A stretch of DNA of 64,000 nucleotides from the NCBI GenBank assembly GCA_965214705.1, contig CBDCCI010000002.1, forward strand, positions 1,824,001 to 1,888,000, read 5' to 3'. The notes under the pieces were generated by a model. It was given only the letters and a program-made list of their open reading frames with translations. It was not told the origin of the DNA and did no database searches. This DNA is from Alphaproteobacteria bacterium. GTDB lineage: Bacteria > Pseudomonadota > Alphaproteobacteria > UBA828. The position numbers and the translations under genes were made by a program. Positions 19,771 to 28,965 of this stretch are shown one piece after another (the stretch's first letter is position 1; every line of letters begins with the position of its first letter).

Positions 19771-20822
19771 CGCGCCGCCTCCTGTCGTCCCCCGCCGCCC
19801 GGGCCGCCGAAACCCGCCCCGGGCAGAATACGCTCCGCCAGCATGCGTGCGGTAGGCAGCAGCCCGGCCGGCACCGCCAGCACGAACACCATAATGATCC
19901 CGCCGAAGATCAGGTAGGTGTTGGTGATCTGCTGCTGGCCGATCTCGAACTTTAGCATCAAGAGCCCGATGCAACCGATCATCGGCCCGACCAGGGTGCC
20001 GAGGCCGCCGATCAGCGTCCACATGATGATCTCGGCCGCGAAGTTGAGCGCGAACACGTCCGGGTTGACGAAGGAGTTGAAGTTGACACCGAGGCAGCCT
20101 GCGAGGCCCGCCATGCCGCCGCCGATGGTGAAGGTCTGCAGCTTGTGCAGGCGGACGTCGTAGCCGAGCAGCTCGGCGCGCAGCTCGTTCTCCCGGATCG
20201 CAACCGCGACCCGGCCGAAGTGCGAGCGGTTGAGCAGCTTGAGGCCGAAATAGCACAGAATCAGGCACCCCATCGCGAGATGGAATATCTCGTCGGGGAA
20301 GAGTAGAGCGTTGCCGTCCCCCGGCCAGTTGATGGGCTGGATCGACGAGATGCCGTTGAAGCCCATCAGCCGCTGCGCGCCGATGACGTATTCCTCGCCC
20401 GCCGTCGAGCGCATGAAGTTGTAGAGGATGAGCGTGACCGCGAGCGTCACCACCGCGAGGTACACGTCGCTGAGGCGGCCGTAAAACATGAAGTAGCCGA
20501 GCAGGGCGGCGAAGGCGGCAGGCACGATGATCGCCAGGAAGAAGGGCCCCGTGCTCTCGCCGATGTTGCCCACGGCGATGGCGTAGGTGTAGGCGCCGAG
20601 GCCGTAGAAGGCGGACTGCCCGAAGCAGAGGATGCCGCCATAGCCCCAAATGAAGCCCATGGAGAGCGCCAAGATCGCCATGGCAACGAAAAGCGTCACC
20701 TTGAAGAGCAGGAACAGGTCGAAGATGTGCGGGCCTGCGAACAGCAGCACCAGCATGACCAAACCGACCAACGCGGTGCCCAGGGTCTCCCAGCTTCTCA
20801 GGTTGACGCCGAGGACGGTCAC
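19767..20822 (-). CDS. ABC transporter permease (UrtC/LivM-like)
   Basis: WGYGGILCFGQSAFYGLGAY and AIRENELRAELLGY. Confidence 0.88.
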   Translation of the reverse strand: MTVLGVNLRSWETLGTALVGLVMLVLLFAGPHIFDLFLLFKVTLFVAMAILALSMGFIWGYGGILCFGQSAFYGLGAYTYAIAVGNIGESTGPFFLAIIVPAAFAALLGYFMFYGRLSDVYLAVVTLAVTLILYNFMRSTAGEEYVIGAQRLMGFNGISSIQPINWPGDGNALLFPDEIFHLAMGCLILCYFGLKLLNRSHFGRVAVAIRENELRAELLGYDVRLHKLQTFTIGGGMAGLAGCLGVNFNSFVNPDVFALNFAAEIIMWTLIGGLGTLVGPMIGCIGLLMLKFEIGQQQITNTYLIFGGIIMVFVLAVPAGLLPTARMLAERILPGAGFGGPGGGGRQEAAR

Positions 20823-21688
20823 AGCGAACGCCTGAAGATCTTGCCGGTGATGCCTTGCGGCAGGAGCCGCAGCATCACCACCGCGACGATGAGCAGGCCG
20901 ACGCCGCCGAGCACCGGCGTGAACTCGTAGCTCAAGAGCTGCCGCACGGTGCCAAAGACGCCCGAGGCGACCAGAGTGCCGGTCACGGCGCCGGTGCCGC
21001 CGGTGATGACGGTGATGAACGTCTGCGCGACGTAGGCCGCGCCGGCGGTCGGGATGACTTGCGAGATCGGCGCAAGTAGGCCGCCCGCAAGCCCGGTCAG
21101 GCCAGCGCCGACCGCGAAGGTCACCATGTAGACGCGCTGCGTGCTGATGCCGAGCACGGAGGCTTGGGCCGGGTTCTGCATGGTGCCGCGCGCGATGAGG
21201 CCGAGCTTGGTGCGCGTCAGTACCAGGAAGACCCCGATGAACAGCAGGATCACGATGCCGATGAGCACCATGCGGTACTGGGCGACGTTGTAGACGCCGA
21301 CCTCGAAACTGCCCATGGGCGCGGAGACGCCCTCGATGATGTTGCCGAAGATGGCGGTGACGATGCCAATGAGCAGCAGGCTCAAGCCCCAAGTCGCGAT
21401 CAGCGTGTCGATCATGCGGCCGTAGAAGAAGCGGATGAAGGTCCGCTCCACGATGACGCCGATGATCCCGACGACGATCGGCGAGATGATCAGCATCGAG
21501 ATCCAGATGTTGATGCCCAGCGTCTTGGTGCACACCACGGTGGTGTAGGCGCCCAGCATCATGAACTCGCCGTAGGCAAAATTGATCACCCGCATCATGC
21601 CGAAAATGATTGCCAGCCCGGCGCAGGCGAGCGCCAGGCTGGCAATCCCGTTCAGCACTTCGATGATCAGGAGCGCAGCGGTATCCAC
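20819..21688 (-). CDS. ABC transporter permease (UrtB/LivH-like)
   Basis: GLAIIFGMMRVINFAYGEF and LIATWGLSL. Confidence 0.88.
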   Translation of the reverse strand: MDTAALLIIEVLNGIASLALACAGLAIIFGMMRVINFAYGEFMMLGAYTTVVCTKTLGINIWISMLIISPIVVGIIGVIVERTFIRFFYGRMIDTLIATWGLSLLLIGIVTAIFGNIIEGVSAPMGSFEVGVYNVAQYRMVLIGIVILLFIGVFLVLTRTKLGLIARGTMQNPAQASVLGISTQRVYMVTFAVGAGLTGLAGGLLAPISQVIPTAGAAYVAQTFITVITGGTGAVTGTLVASGVFGTVRQLLSYEFTPVLGGVGLLIVAVVMLRLLPQGITGKIFRRSL

Positions 21689-21745
21689 GGCGCGCCCGTC
21701 GTCAAGCGTGCTTTCGCACTCGTTACGCTGCGACCTTCAGAACGC

Positions 21746-22993
21746 CTAGATGATCGGCTCCAGGTGGGCGTTCATGTCGGGATCCTTGGTCAGGTCGCAA
21801 CGATCGATCACGTCGCTCGGGTACATCTGCGAGTAGCTCTCGAAGATGTTCCAAGTCTGGTTCTGGCACTCGGCCATGTGCATGTCCTGGATGACGTGGT
21901 TGGTCACTGGATCGACCACCATGTGCCCGGCCGGGCCGTCCCAGGCGATGTCGCCGCTGCGCAGCGCCGCGATCACGTCCTCGCGCTCGTGGCTGCCGGC
22001 GGCCTTGACGCCGAGCGACCAGAGCATGGTGCCGAGGTAGCCGCCGATGCCCACCGAGTTAAGGTACTGGGCATCGTCGCCGAAGCGCTCCTGATAGCGT
22101 TTTACGAACTCGACGTTGGCGGGGAGCTGCAACTCCTGGAAGTAGGGCTGGGCGCTGACGATGCCGTTGCCTTCCTCGGCGCTGAGCTGGACGTGTTCGT
22201 TGCCGACGCCGAAGGTCACCGAGACGATCGGGATCTCGTTCAGCATGCCGGCCGCGTACCACTGGCGGTAGAAGCCGGTGTGCGCCGCGCCCACGAGACA
22301 GGTGGAGAGCCAGTCGGGCTTCGCTTCCTGAATCTTGGCGATGGCCGGGCCGAACTCCGCCACGTCGAGGGGGAAGAAGTCCTTGGTGATGACTTCGGAA
22401 CTTTGTTCCTTGGCAAAGACCTCGGTCCACTTGCCGATAATCTGGGGCGCGTTGTAGTCGGCGCCGATGTAGTAGCAGCGCTTGCCGTGGGTCTTGAAGC
22501 CATAGTCAGCCATCGGCTTCACCCACTGCACGGCGGTCACGCCGCTGACGAAATTGTTGATGTCGCAGACGCCGCCTTCGTAGATCACGCTGTACCAGAG
22601 GAGCGTCTGGAAGCGGCGCAGGATCGGGCGGATCACCTCGCGCGAGGCGCTGGTGATGGCGCCGTGCACCAGGTCGACACGCTCCTTGAGCGCCGCCTCC
22701 TGGGCGTACTGCGCGTAAAGCTCCATGTTGGACTGCGGGTCGTACTTGATCAGCCGGATCTTCTTGCCGAGCAGGCCGCCGGCCGCGTTGATCTCCTCGA
22801 CCGCGAGCTCGCAGGTCTGGGTCATCGGCGTGCCGTAGATGTCGAGGCCGCCGGACTGGTCGAAGATACTGGCGACGACGATCTCGTCGTCGTCGGCATA
22901 GGCCTTGGGCGAGGCCGCCAGGCCTGCTGCCACCAGTGTTGCGGCACTCCCAACCGTGCCCTTGAGGAAACCTCTCCGAGTGCTGTCGAACAT
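21746..22993 (-). CDS. ABC transporter substrate-binding protein (UrtA/AmiC-like), Tat-exported
   Basis: TRRGFLK twin-arginine signal, EINAAGGLLG, SASREVIRP, YEGG and IGADY. Confidence 0.88.
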   Translation of the reverse strand: MFDSTRRGFLKGTVGSAATLVAAGLAASPKAYADDDEIVVASIFDQSGGLDIYGTPMTQTCELAVEEINAAGGLLGKKIRLIKYDPQSNMELYAQYAQEAALKERVDLVHGAITSASREVIRPILRRFQTLLWYSVIYEGGVCDINNFVSGVTAVQWVKPMADYGFKTHGKRCYYIGADYNAPQIIGKWTEVFAKEQSSEVITKDFFPLDVAEFGPAIAKIQEAKPDWLSTCLVGAAHTGFYRQWYAAGMLNEIPIVSVTFGVGNEHVQLSAEEGNGIVSAQPYFQELQLPANVEFVKRYQERFGDDAQYLNSVGIGGYLGTMLWSLGVKAAGSHEREDVIAALRSGDIAWDGPAGHMVVDPVTNHVIQDMHMAECQNQTWNIFESYSQMYPSDVIDRCDLTKDPDMNAHLEPII

Positions 22994-23151
22994 GGGTTCT
23001 AGCCCCTCCCTAAGTTCATCGAATGCGCGCTCCCGCGCCCTGCCGCAGGGTAGGCGCACGGCGCTGCCCGCGCAACGCTGCGGCGTGCGGTAGAATACTC
23101 GCGCGCTACAGGATTCGCCTCTCTTCGAAGGCTTTTAGCGGATACAGCCCG

Positions 23152-23787
23152 CTACGTCCGCCTCCGATCCGGCCGATAGTCCCTGGGATCGAGACAGGCA
23201 TCGTAGAAGTCCCGGTCCATCCGGAACCAGTCGGTCCGATCAATACCCCGCCGCACGGTCGCGTTCGGCCCGACGGGGAAAGCCGAGACCACTTTCAACC
23301 AGCGCCCAGCGCTTCGCGAGATGTCGCGGACTTCCCGCGCTACTTCGCTGAGGTCCTGGTCCTGACTGAAAATGATCGCCACATCCAGCTCCGCGTTTCG
23401 CGCCATGCGCACCACGTCGAGGCCGAGCCGGAGATCGATTCCCTTCTCCCTCTCGACCGGAAGCTCGTGAATCGTACCGTCAGGCAGCCGGATCCGCTCG
23501 ACCCGATAGCGCAGGCTTCGTGACGTGACGACGATGCCCGCTCGCCGCATTGCGGTTAGTCGCCGCGTCCAGTAGCCGTGCCACATCGGCGACCTGTCGG
23601 CGCTGGGTACGCCGGTATAGAAGCGGACGCCGCAATCGACCCAACCTCGATCGGCGCACACCGCGTCGGCAAGCCTGCGGGGATCGAAGTTGGGATGATG
23701 GTAGCCGAACGCGTCCTTCGCGTGCCGGTACAGGTTCTGCCCGTCGATAAACGAGACGGCGCGTTTGATTTTAGGTTCGGCGGGCAT
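23152..23787 (-). CDS. NYN domain (LabA/DUF88, PIN-like) putative RNase
   Basis: FIDGQNL, EKGIDLRLGLD and FSQDQDL acidic motifs. Confidence 0.88.
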   Translation of the reverse strand: MPAEPKIKRAVSFIDGQNLYRHAKDAFGYHHPNFDPRRLADAVCADRGWVDCGVRFYTGVPSADRSPMWHGYWTRRLTAMRRAGIVVTSRSLRYRVERIRLPDGTIHELPVEREKGIDLRLGLDVVRMARNAELDVAIIFSQDQDLSEVAREVRDISRSAGRWLKVVSAFPVGPNATVRRGIDRTDWFRMDRDFYDACLDPRDYRPDRRRT

Positions 23788-23800
23788 GGCGGAAGAAATA

Positions 23801-23835
23801 ACCCCGCCGGGGCCTTGCGGCGAGTCCGGCGGGGA
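23801..23835 (-). promoter_or_regulatory. Stable hairpin with GCAA tetraloop in the 5' leader of the NYN gene
   Basis: Minus strand CCCCGCCGG-ACTC-GCC-GCAA-GGC-C-CCGGCGGGG, ending about 14 nt before the ATG. Confidence 0.55.
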
Positions 23836-23910
23836 CCAAGTGTCCGGCACCATAGATGTGCCTGCAGCCGAGCGTCAACGTGAAAACCCAGGCGGAGCGT
23901 TGTCGGCGGC

Positions 23911-25083
23911 TCACCCGGCGAAACCGAGGGTGCGCTCGATCAAGGCGCGGAGGATCAGCGCCGCGTCCACCATTTCGGCGAGAGGGATGAACTCGTTGGC
24001 GGCGTGGCTCATGGCGCCGTCGCCGGGGCCGAAATTGACGATCTCGATGCCGTCGCGGGCGAAGAAGCGGCCGTCGCTCGCGGCGAGCGCGTTGAGCACC
24101 GCCGGCGGCTTCCCCAGGCGCTCTTCGATGGCCGCCACCAGCGCCGACACGTGGGGGCCGTCGAGGGGCGCGGAGAAGCCGTTGGTGCCGACCAGGCGGC
24201 GCCCGGTGCAGGTCCCCCTGGGCTCGCCGGCGCTGGCCACCAGGGCCTCGATCTCGGTGAAGGCCGCATCGACTGATTCTTCCGGCAGGAGCCGCCGGTC
24301 GATCAGGAGCGTGCAGCGGTCGGGCACGACATTGGGGTTTTCGCCGGCATGGATCGTGCCGATGTTCATGGTCGAAACTTTTTCGCCGCTGCGCCGTGCG
24401 GCGAGCCGCGGCGCGAGCTCGGCCTGGAGCCTCTCCAGCAGGCGCATCATGCGGAGGATGGCGTTGTCGCCGGCCGGCGGATCGCCGCCGTGGGCGGCCC
24501 GGCCGGCGGTCTCGATCTCGACCCAGAGGATGCCGCGCTCCTCGATGATGATCTGGTTCTCGGTGGGCGAGCCGAGCACCAGGGCGTCGGGCTCGATCAG
24601 GCCTTCCTCGCGCAGGAAGGCGGTGCCCTCCGGGCCCAGGCGTTCCTCGTCGCCGGCGAGCACGAAGACCACGCTTCCTAGCCTGGGCCCGCCGCGCCGG
24701 GCGATTTCGTCCGCGAGCCAGAGGTGCACCGCCGCCGAGCCCTTGCAGTTGTTGGCGCCGGGCCCGTAGATGCAGCCCTTCTCCAGCGTCGCGGCGAAGG
24801 GGTCGGTGCGCCAGGCCGCGCGGTCGCCGGTGCCGACCGTGTCGATGTGGGCATTGAACACCACGCAGGGCGAGCCCTCGCCCAGCCGCGCAACCAGGTT
24901 GGCGATCGGCGGGGTCCGCATGGGCATGGAGACCTCGTAGCCGGCCGCCTTGAAATGCTCGCCGGCGGCTTCGCAGATCGCCTGCGTGTCGCCGGGCGGC
25001 GTGGTGGACGGGATCGCGATCAGCTCGGCGAGGAGGGCGTGCAGCGATTCGGCAATGGATTTCTCGGTGTCCGACACGGTCAC
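23911..25083 (-). CDS. M20/ArgE/DapE family metallo-amidohydrolase (atypical metal ligands)
   Basis: FNAHIDTV, DEE, GRAAHGG, NVVPDRC, SDGRFF and GPG...SHAANE. Confidence 0.85.
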   Translation of the reverse strand: MTVSDTEKSIAESLHALLAELIAIPSTTPPGDTQAICEAAGEHFKAAGYEVSMPMRTPPIANLVARLGEGSPCVVFNAHIDTVGTGDRAAWRTDPFAATLEKGCIYGPGANNCKGSAAVHLWLADEIARRGGPRLGSVVFVLAGDEERLGPEGTAFLREEGLIEPDALVLGSPTENQIIIEERGILWVEIETAGRAAHGGDPPAGDNAILRMMRLLERLQAELAPRLAARRSGEKVSTMNIGTIHAGENPNVVPDRCTLLIDRRLLPEESVDAAFTEIEALVASAGEPRGTCTGRRLVGTNGFSAPLDGPHVSALVAAIEERLGKPPAVLNALAASDGRFFARDGIEIVNFGPGDGAMSHAANEFIPLAEMVDAALILRALIERTLGFAG

Positions 25084-25973
25084 TTGTCCTTGTCGGCACG
25101 GATGATGGACGTGCCGGAGAGCGAGCGCGGATCGCGGGCGCCCCAACGGCCGTTCTCGACCTGGGCGAAGAAGTCCGCGCACGCCTGGTTGAAGGCGTCG
25201 GGCTCTTCCAGGTTGATCGTGTGGCCCGACTTCGGGATCACCAGGAGGCCGGCGGTCGGGATCGTGCGCTTGAGGTAGAGGTTGGCGTCGAGGCAGGGCT
25301 CGTCCTCATCGCCGGTGATGAGCAACGTCGGCACGGTCAAGGCTGCGAGGCCGTCCTCCAGATCGTAGAGCGAGGGGCGGCGAGACTGCACGCCGCGTAG
25401 GGTGTTGGCCGTGCCCTTGGCCGAATGGTCGACGAGCCGGTTGCGGAAGGTGGCCCAGCCTCGCGGGTCCTTAGTCTGGAACTGCACGCGGGTGGGGCCG
25501 AGCGCGTAGTCGGCTCCGACCGGGCCGGCGCCCTCGCGCTCCAGGCGGTCGGCTACGGCGTTGGTCTCACGCTTGAAGTCCGAGCGGGCGTCCTTCGGCG
25601 CGCCGTAGCCGCAGCCGGCGACCACGAGGGCCGACGCGCGCGCCGGGTGCTTGAGGCCGATGTGGATGGTCGCGAACCCGCCCATGCTCAAGCCCACGAC
25701 GTGGGCGCGCTCGATACCGAGATGGTCGAGGACGGCGATCGCGTCTGCTACCGCGTGGTCCTGGCTGTAAGCCTCCGTGTCCTCCGGCACGTCGGAGGGC
25801 GGGTAGCCGCGGGCGTTGTAGGCGATGCAGCGGTAGCGCCGCGAGAAATGGCAGAGTTGCGGCTCCCAGCTCAGGTGATCGCCCGCGAACTCGTGGACAA
25901 AAAGTACAGGATGGCCCGACCCGGCCTCTTCGTAGTAAAGCCTGGTCCCGTCCGGTGACTGCGCGTGGGGCAT
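25080..25973 (-). CDS. Alpha/beta hydrolase
   Basis: HEFAGD, NARGYPPSD, GLSMGG and GHTINLEEP. Confidence 0.9.
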   Translation of the reverse strand: MPHAQSPDGTRLYYEEAGSGHPVLFVHEFAGDHLSWEPQLCHFSRRYRCIAYNARGYPPSDVPEDTEAYSQDHAVADAIAVLDHLGIERAHVVGLSMGGFATIHIGLKHPARASALVVAGCGYGAPKDARSDFKRETNAVADRLEREGAGPVGADYALGPTRVQFQTKDPRGWATFRNRLVDHSAKGTANTLRGVQSRRPSLYDLEDGLAALTVPTLLITGDEDEPCLDANLYLKRTIPTAGLLVIPKSGHTINLEEPDAFNQACADFFAQVENGRWGARDPRSLSGTSIIRADKDK

Positions 25974-26080
25974 GGCTGATCTTCCTCAGACTGGGGGCAT
26001 GATAAAGGTGCGTCGGCGCGCGAGTCCTAGAATCGTGATATGATAGAGCACCTTCGAGGGTATGGAACGGGACTCAGCGC

Positions 26081-27022
26081 ATGTGCGGAATAGCGGGCGT
26101 GATGTTCAAGCACGGGAGCACGGGACTTGGCACCGGTCAGGCTCTGATCGATATGCTGGACGGCTGCCAGCACCGTGGTCCGGATTCCACCGGCTTCGCG
26201 CTCTACGAGGATGTCGAACCGGGCAAGCTCCGGCTTCGCTTTCTCGTGGAGGAGGAGAACGGTGCGAGCGATGGCGTTGGCCACAATAGCGGGGTCGAGG
26301 CCGCGATCGCAGACATTCGTACCACGCTTGAGGACCACGGCGCCGAGATCGTGGAAGACGAGCACGTGGGCAACAGCTACCGGGTGGTCGTGCGCTTCTC
26401 CGGCGATGTGCAGAAGCTCACCTACGACATGGAGCATGCGGCGACGCTGATCTCGATCGGCGAGAGTCTGGACATCCGCAAGGACGTGGGCGGCGCCCAC
26501 GACGTGGACGATGTGTTCCACGTGCGCGAGGTGCAGGGCACCCACGGTCTGGGTCACGTGCGGCTTGCGACCGAATCCGAAGTGAAGCCCGAGGCGGCGC
26601 ATCCCTTCTGGGCAACCGGGTTCACCGACATCGCAATCGTGCACAACGGCCAGATCACCAACTACTGGAAGATGCGGCGCAGGCTCGAGCGGCGCGGATT
26701 CGAGTTCCACACGGATAACGACAGCGAGCTGATTGCGGTCTATCTGGCGGACAAGCTCGCCAACGAGGTGCCGCTGGAAGACGCGCTGAAGACCTCGATC
26801 GACGACCTCGACGGCACGTTCTCGTTCCTGGTCTCGACCAAGGACGAGATCGGCTACGCCAAGGATCATCTCGCGGCGAAGCCGATGATCATGTACGAGA
26901 ACGACGACCTGATCGCGATTGCCTCGGAGGAGGTCTCGTTGAACCGCCTCTTCCCAGGCCGCGCACTCGATACCAGGGAACCGCCGCCGGGGAGCTACGG
27001 TACATGGTCCAGATTGACCTAG
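26081..27022 (+). CDS. Class II (Ntn) glutamine amidotransferase-like subunit (GlxB/MgsA-like)
   Basis: N-terminal MCGIAG, HRGPDSTG, GHVRLATES, AHPF, VHNGQITNY and TDNDSE. Confidence 0.88.
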   Translation: MCGIAGVMFKHGSTGLGTGQALIDMLDGCQHRGPDSTGFALYEDVEPGKLRLRFLVEEENGASDGVGHNSGVEAAIADIRTTLEDHGAEIVEDEHVGNSYRVVVRFSGDVQKLTYDMEHAATLISIGESLDIRKDVGGAHDVDDVFHVREVQGTHGLGHVRLATESEVKPEAAHPFWATGFTDIAIVHNGQITNYWKMRRRLERRGFEFHTDNDSELIAVYLADKLANEVPLEDALKTSIDDLDGTFSFLVSTKDEIGYAKDHLAAKPMIMYENDDLIAIASEEVSLNRLFPGRALDTREPPPGSYGTWSRLT

Positions 27023-28962
27023 GACAGGTTTCGGTCCGGGACGCCAACGAACAAATCCGCAAGTGGGGGACTGAGGGCGAGGACGTCGAGGTCCTCAACC
27101 CCGACGCGCGCCATCACATCGGCGTCGGCCTGATCCACCCGGTGCGGGTGCACATCAAGGGCTCTGCCGGCTACTTCTGCGCAGGGCTCGCGGACCAGGC
27201 GCGGTTCGAAATCGACAACAACGTCGGCTGGGGCCTCGGCGACAACATGTACGCCGGCACGGTGACGGTGCGCGGCAACGCGGGCGCGATCGCGGGTGTC
27301 GCGATCCGGGGCGCCGAGATCGTGGTGCACGGCAATGTGGGCTCGCGCGCGGGCCAGGTAATGAAGGCGGGGACGCTCTGCTGCGTCGGCAACGCCAATT
27401 TCATGGCCGGCTACATGATGTATGGCGGGCGCATCATCATCCTGGGCGAGTCCGGCGAGCGCGTGGGCGAGGACATGGCGGCCGGGGATATCTATGTCGG
27501 CGGCGCGGTGCGCTCGCTCGGCTCCGACGCGCAGCTGACCGATATCGAGGAGGCCGAGGTCGACGATATCCGCGCGTTCCTGGACCGTCACGAGATCGCC
27601 TACAAGGGCGGCTTCCAGAAGATCGTGAACGCCGGCAAGCGGCTCCGCTACGCCACCAGCGAGCAGCAGGTGCGCAGCATCCCCTTCTTCACCTTCTCGG
27701 GCACGTCCGACTACTGGAACCCGAAGGTGCAGGAGGATGTCTACATAAAGTCGCAGGTCGGCCGCTATCGGGTGCGAGGCTACGGCGGCGCGCGCACGCT
27801 GCCGCATCTCTCGGACCTCGCGTTCAAGCGCGATCTGTCCAGCGCGGGCACGGCAGGCGATCCGGTGGCAGCGGTCGAGATGTATACGGAGATCGGGGGC
27901 CTCAACGGGGCACGGCCGCTCAAGCTCTCGATGCCGGTGATGATCGCGCCGATGAGCTACGGCGCCTTGTCACGCTCCACCAAGCAGGCGGTGGGCATGG
28001 CATCCAGCATGGCCGGCATTGCCGAGAACACCGGCGAAGGCGGCATGAGCGACGCCCAGCGGGGCGCGGCGGAGCAGCTGGTGTTCCAGTGTCTGGGCGG
28101 CCGGCTCGGCTGGAACATCCACGACATGAATCGGGCCGACGGGCTCGAGATCTACATCAGCCAGGGGGCCAAGCCCGGCTTCGGCGGCCAGTTGATGGCG
28201 AAGAAGGTGACCAAGGAGCTCGCCACCATCCGGGGGATTCCCGAGGGCATCGACCTGCGCTCGCCCTCGCGGCACCCGGACATTCTCGGCGCCGACGACC
28301 TGGTCATCAAGGTGGAGGAGTTCCGGGAGGCCACGGGCTACCGCATCCCGGTGAGTGTGAAGCTGGGTGCGGGCCGGGTGCGGGACGACATCAAGATCGC
28401 CTACAAGGACGGCTTCGACTTCGTGGAGCTCGACGGGATGCAGGGCTCCACGGGCGCGGGCGGCGCCGAGGTGATGGAGCATGTGGGCGTGCCCACGCTC
28501 GCCGCCATCACCCAGGCGATGGCGGCGCTGGGAGAGGTGGAAGGCCTCGGCAAGATGGAAGTCGTGCTGATGGGCGGCGTCCGGGACGGCATCGACGCGG
28601 TGAAGGGCCTCTGCCTGGGCGCCAATGCGGTCGCGATGGGGACGGCGGTGATCATCGCCGGGGGCTGCATCGCCTGCATGCAATGCCACGTGGGGCAATG
28701 CGTGACCGGGATCGCCACCCAGGACCCGCAGCATGAGCGGCGTTACAACCCGGTGGCGGAGGCGCGCAATATCCACCGCTACTTGGAAGGCGTGCGCTGG
28801 CAGATCGCGGCGCTGACCCAGGCGATGGGCTATGCCAGCACCACCCAACTCTGCCGCGACGACCTAGTGGCTCTCACGCGCGACGCGGCGGAGATGACAG
28901 GCCTGCCGTATGCGCCGGAATATCGCGAGCGCGAGCTGGCGCTGCGCGGCAGGGTGGGCTGA
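27004..28962 (+). CDS. Fusion of GXGXG beta-helix domain and FMN-binding glutamate synthase domain (GlxC+GlxD / MgsB+MgsC-like)
   Basis: Gly-rich GxxG repeats in the first ~210 aa, then APMSYGALS, NTGEGG, SQGAKPGFGG, DGMQGSTGA and the 3Fe-4S motif CIACMQCHVGQC.TGIATQ. Confidence 0.85.
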   Translation: MVQIDLGQVSVRDANEQIRKWGTEGEDVEVLNPDARHHIGVGLIHPVRVHIKGSAGYFCAGLADQARFEIDNNVGWGLGDNMYAGTVTVRGNAGAIAGVAIRGAEIVVHGNVGSRAGQVMKAGTLCCVGNANFMAGYMMYGGRIIILGESGERVGEDMAAGDIYVGGAVRSLGSDAQLTDIEEAEVDDIRAFLDRHEIAYKGGFQKIVNAGKRLRYATSEQQVRSIPFFTFSGTSDYWNPKVQEDVYIKSQVGRYRVRGYGGARTLPHLSDLAFKRDLSSAGTAGDPVAAVEMYTEIGGLNGARPLKLSMPVMIAPMSYGALSRSTKQAVGMASSMAGIAENTGEGGMSDAQRGAAEQLVFQCLGGRLGWNIHDMNRADGLEIYISQGAKPGFGGQLMAKKVTKELATIRGIPEGIDLRSPSRHPDILGADDLVIKVEEFREATGYRIPVSVKLGAGRVRDDIKIAYKDGFDFVELDGMQGSTGAGGAEVMEHVGVPTLAAITQAMAALGEVEGLGKMEVVLMGGVRDGIDAVKGLCLGANAVAMGTAVIIAGGCIACMQCHVGQCVTGIATQDPQHERRYNPVAEARNIHRYLEGVRWQIAALTQAMGYASTTQLCRDDLVALTRDAAEMTGLPYAPEYRERELALRGRVG

Positions 28963-28965
28963 GCC

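Noticed and set aside
26081-28962. Firm call as N-methylglutamate synthase (mgsABC)
   Set aside because: The subunits are fused differently, a GltD-like fusion is attached, and no gmaS or mgd genes are in the window; left as Mgs/Glx-like.
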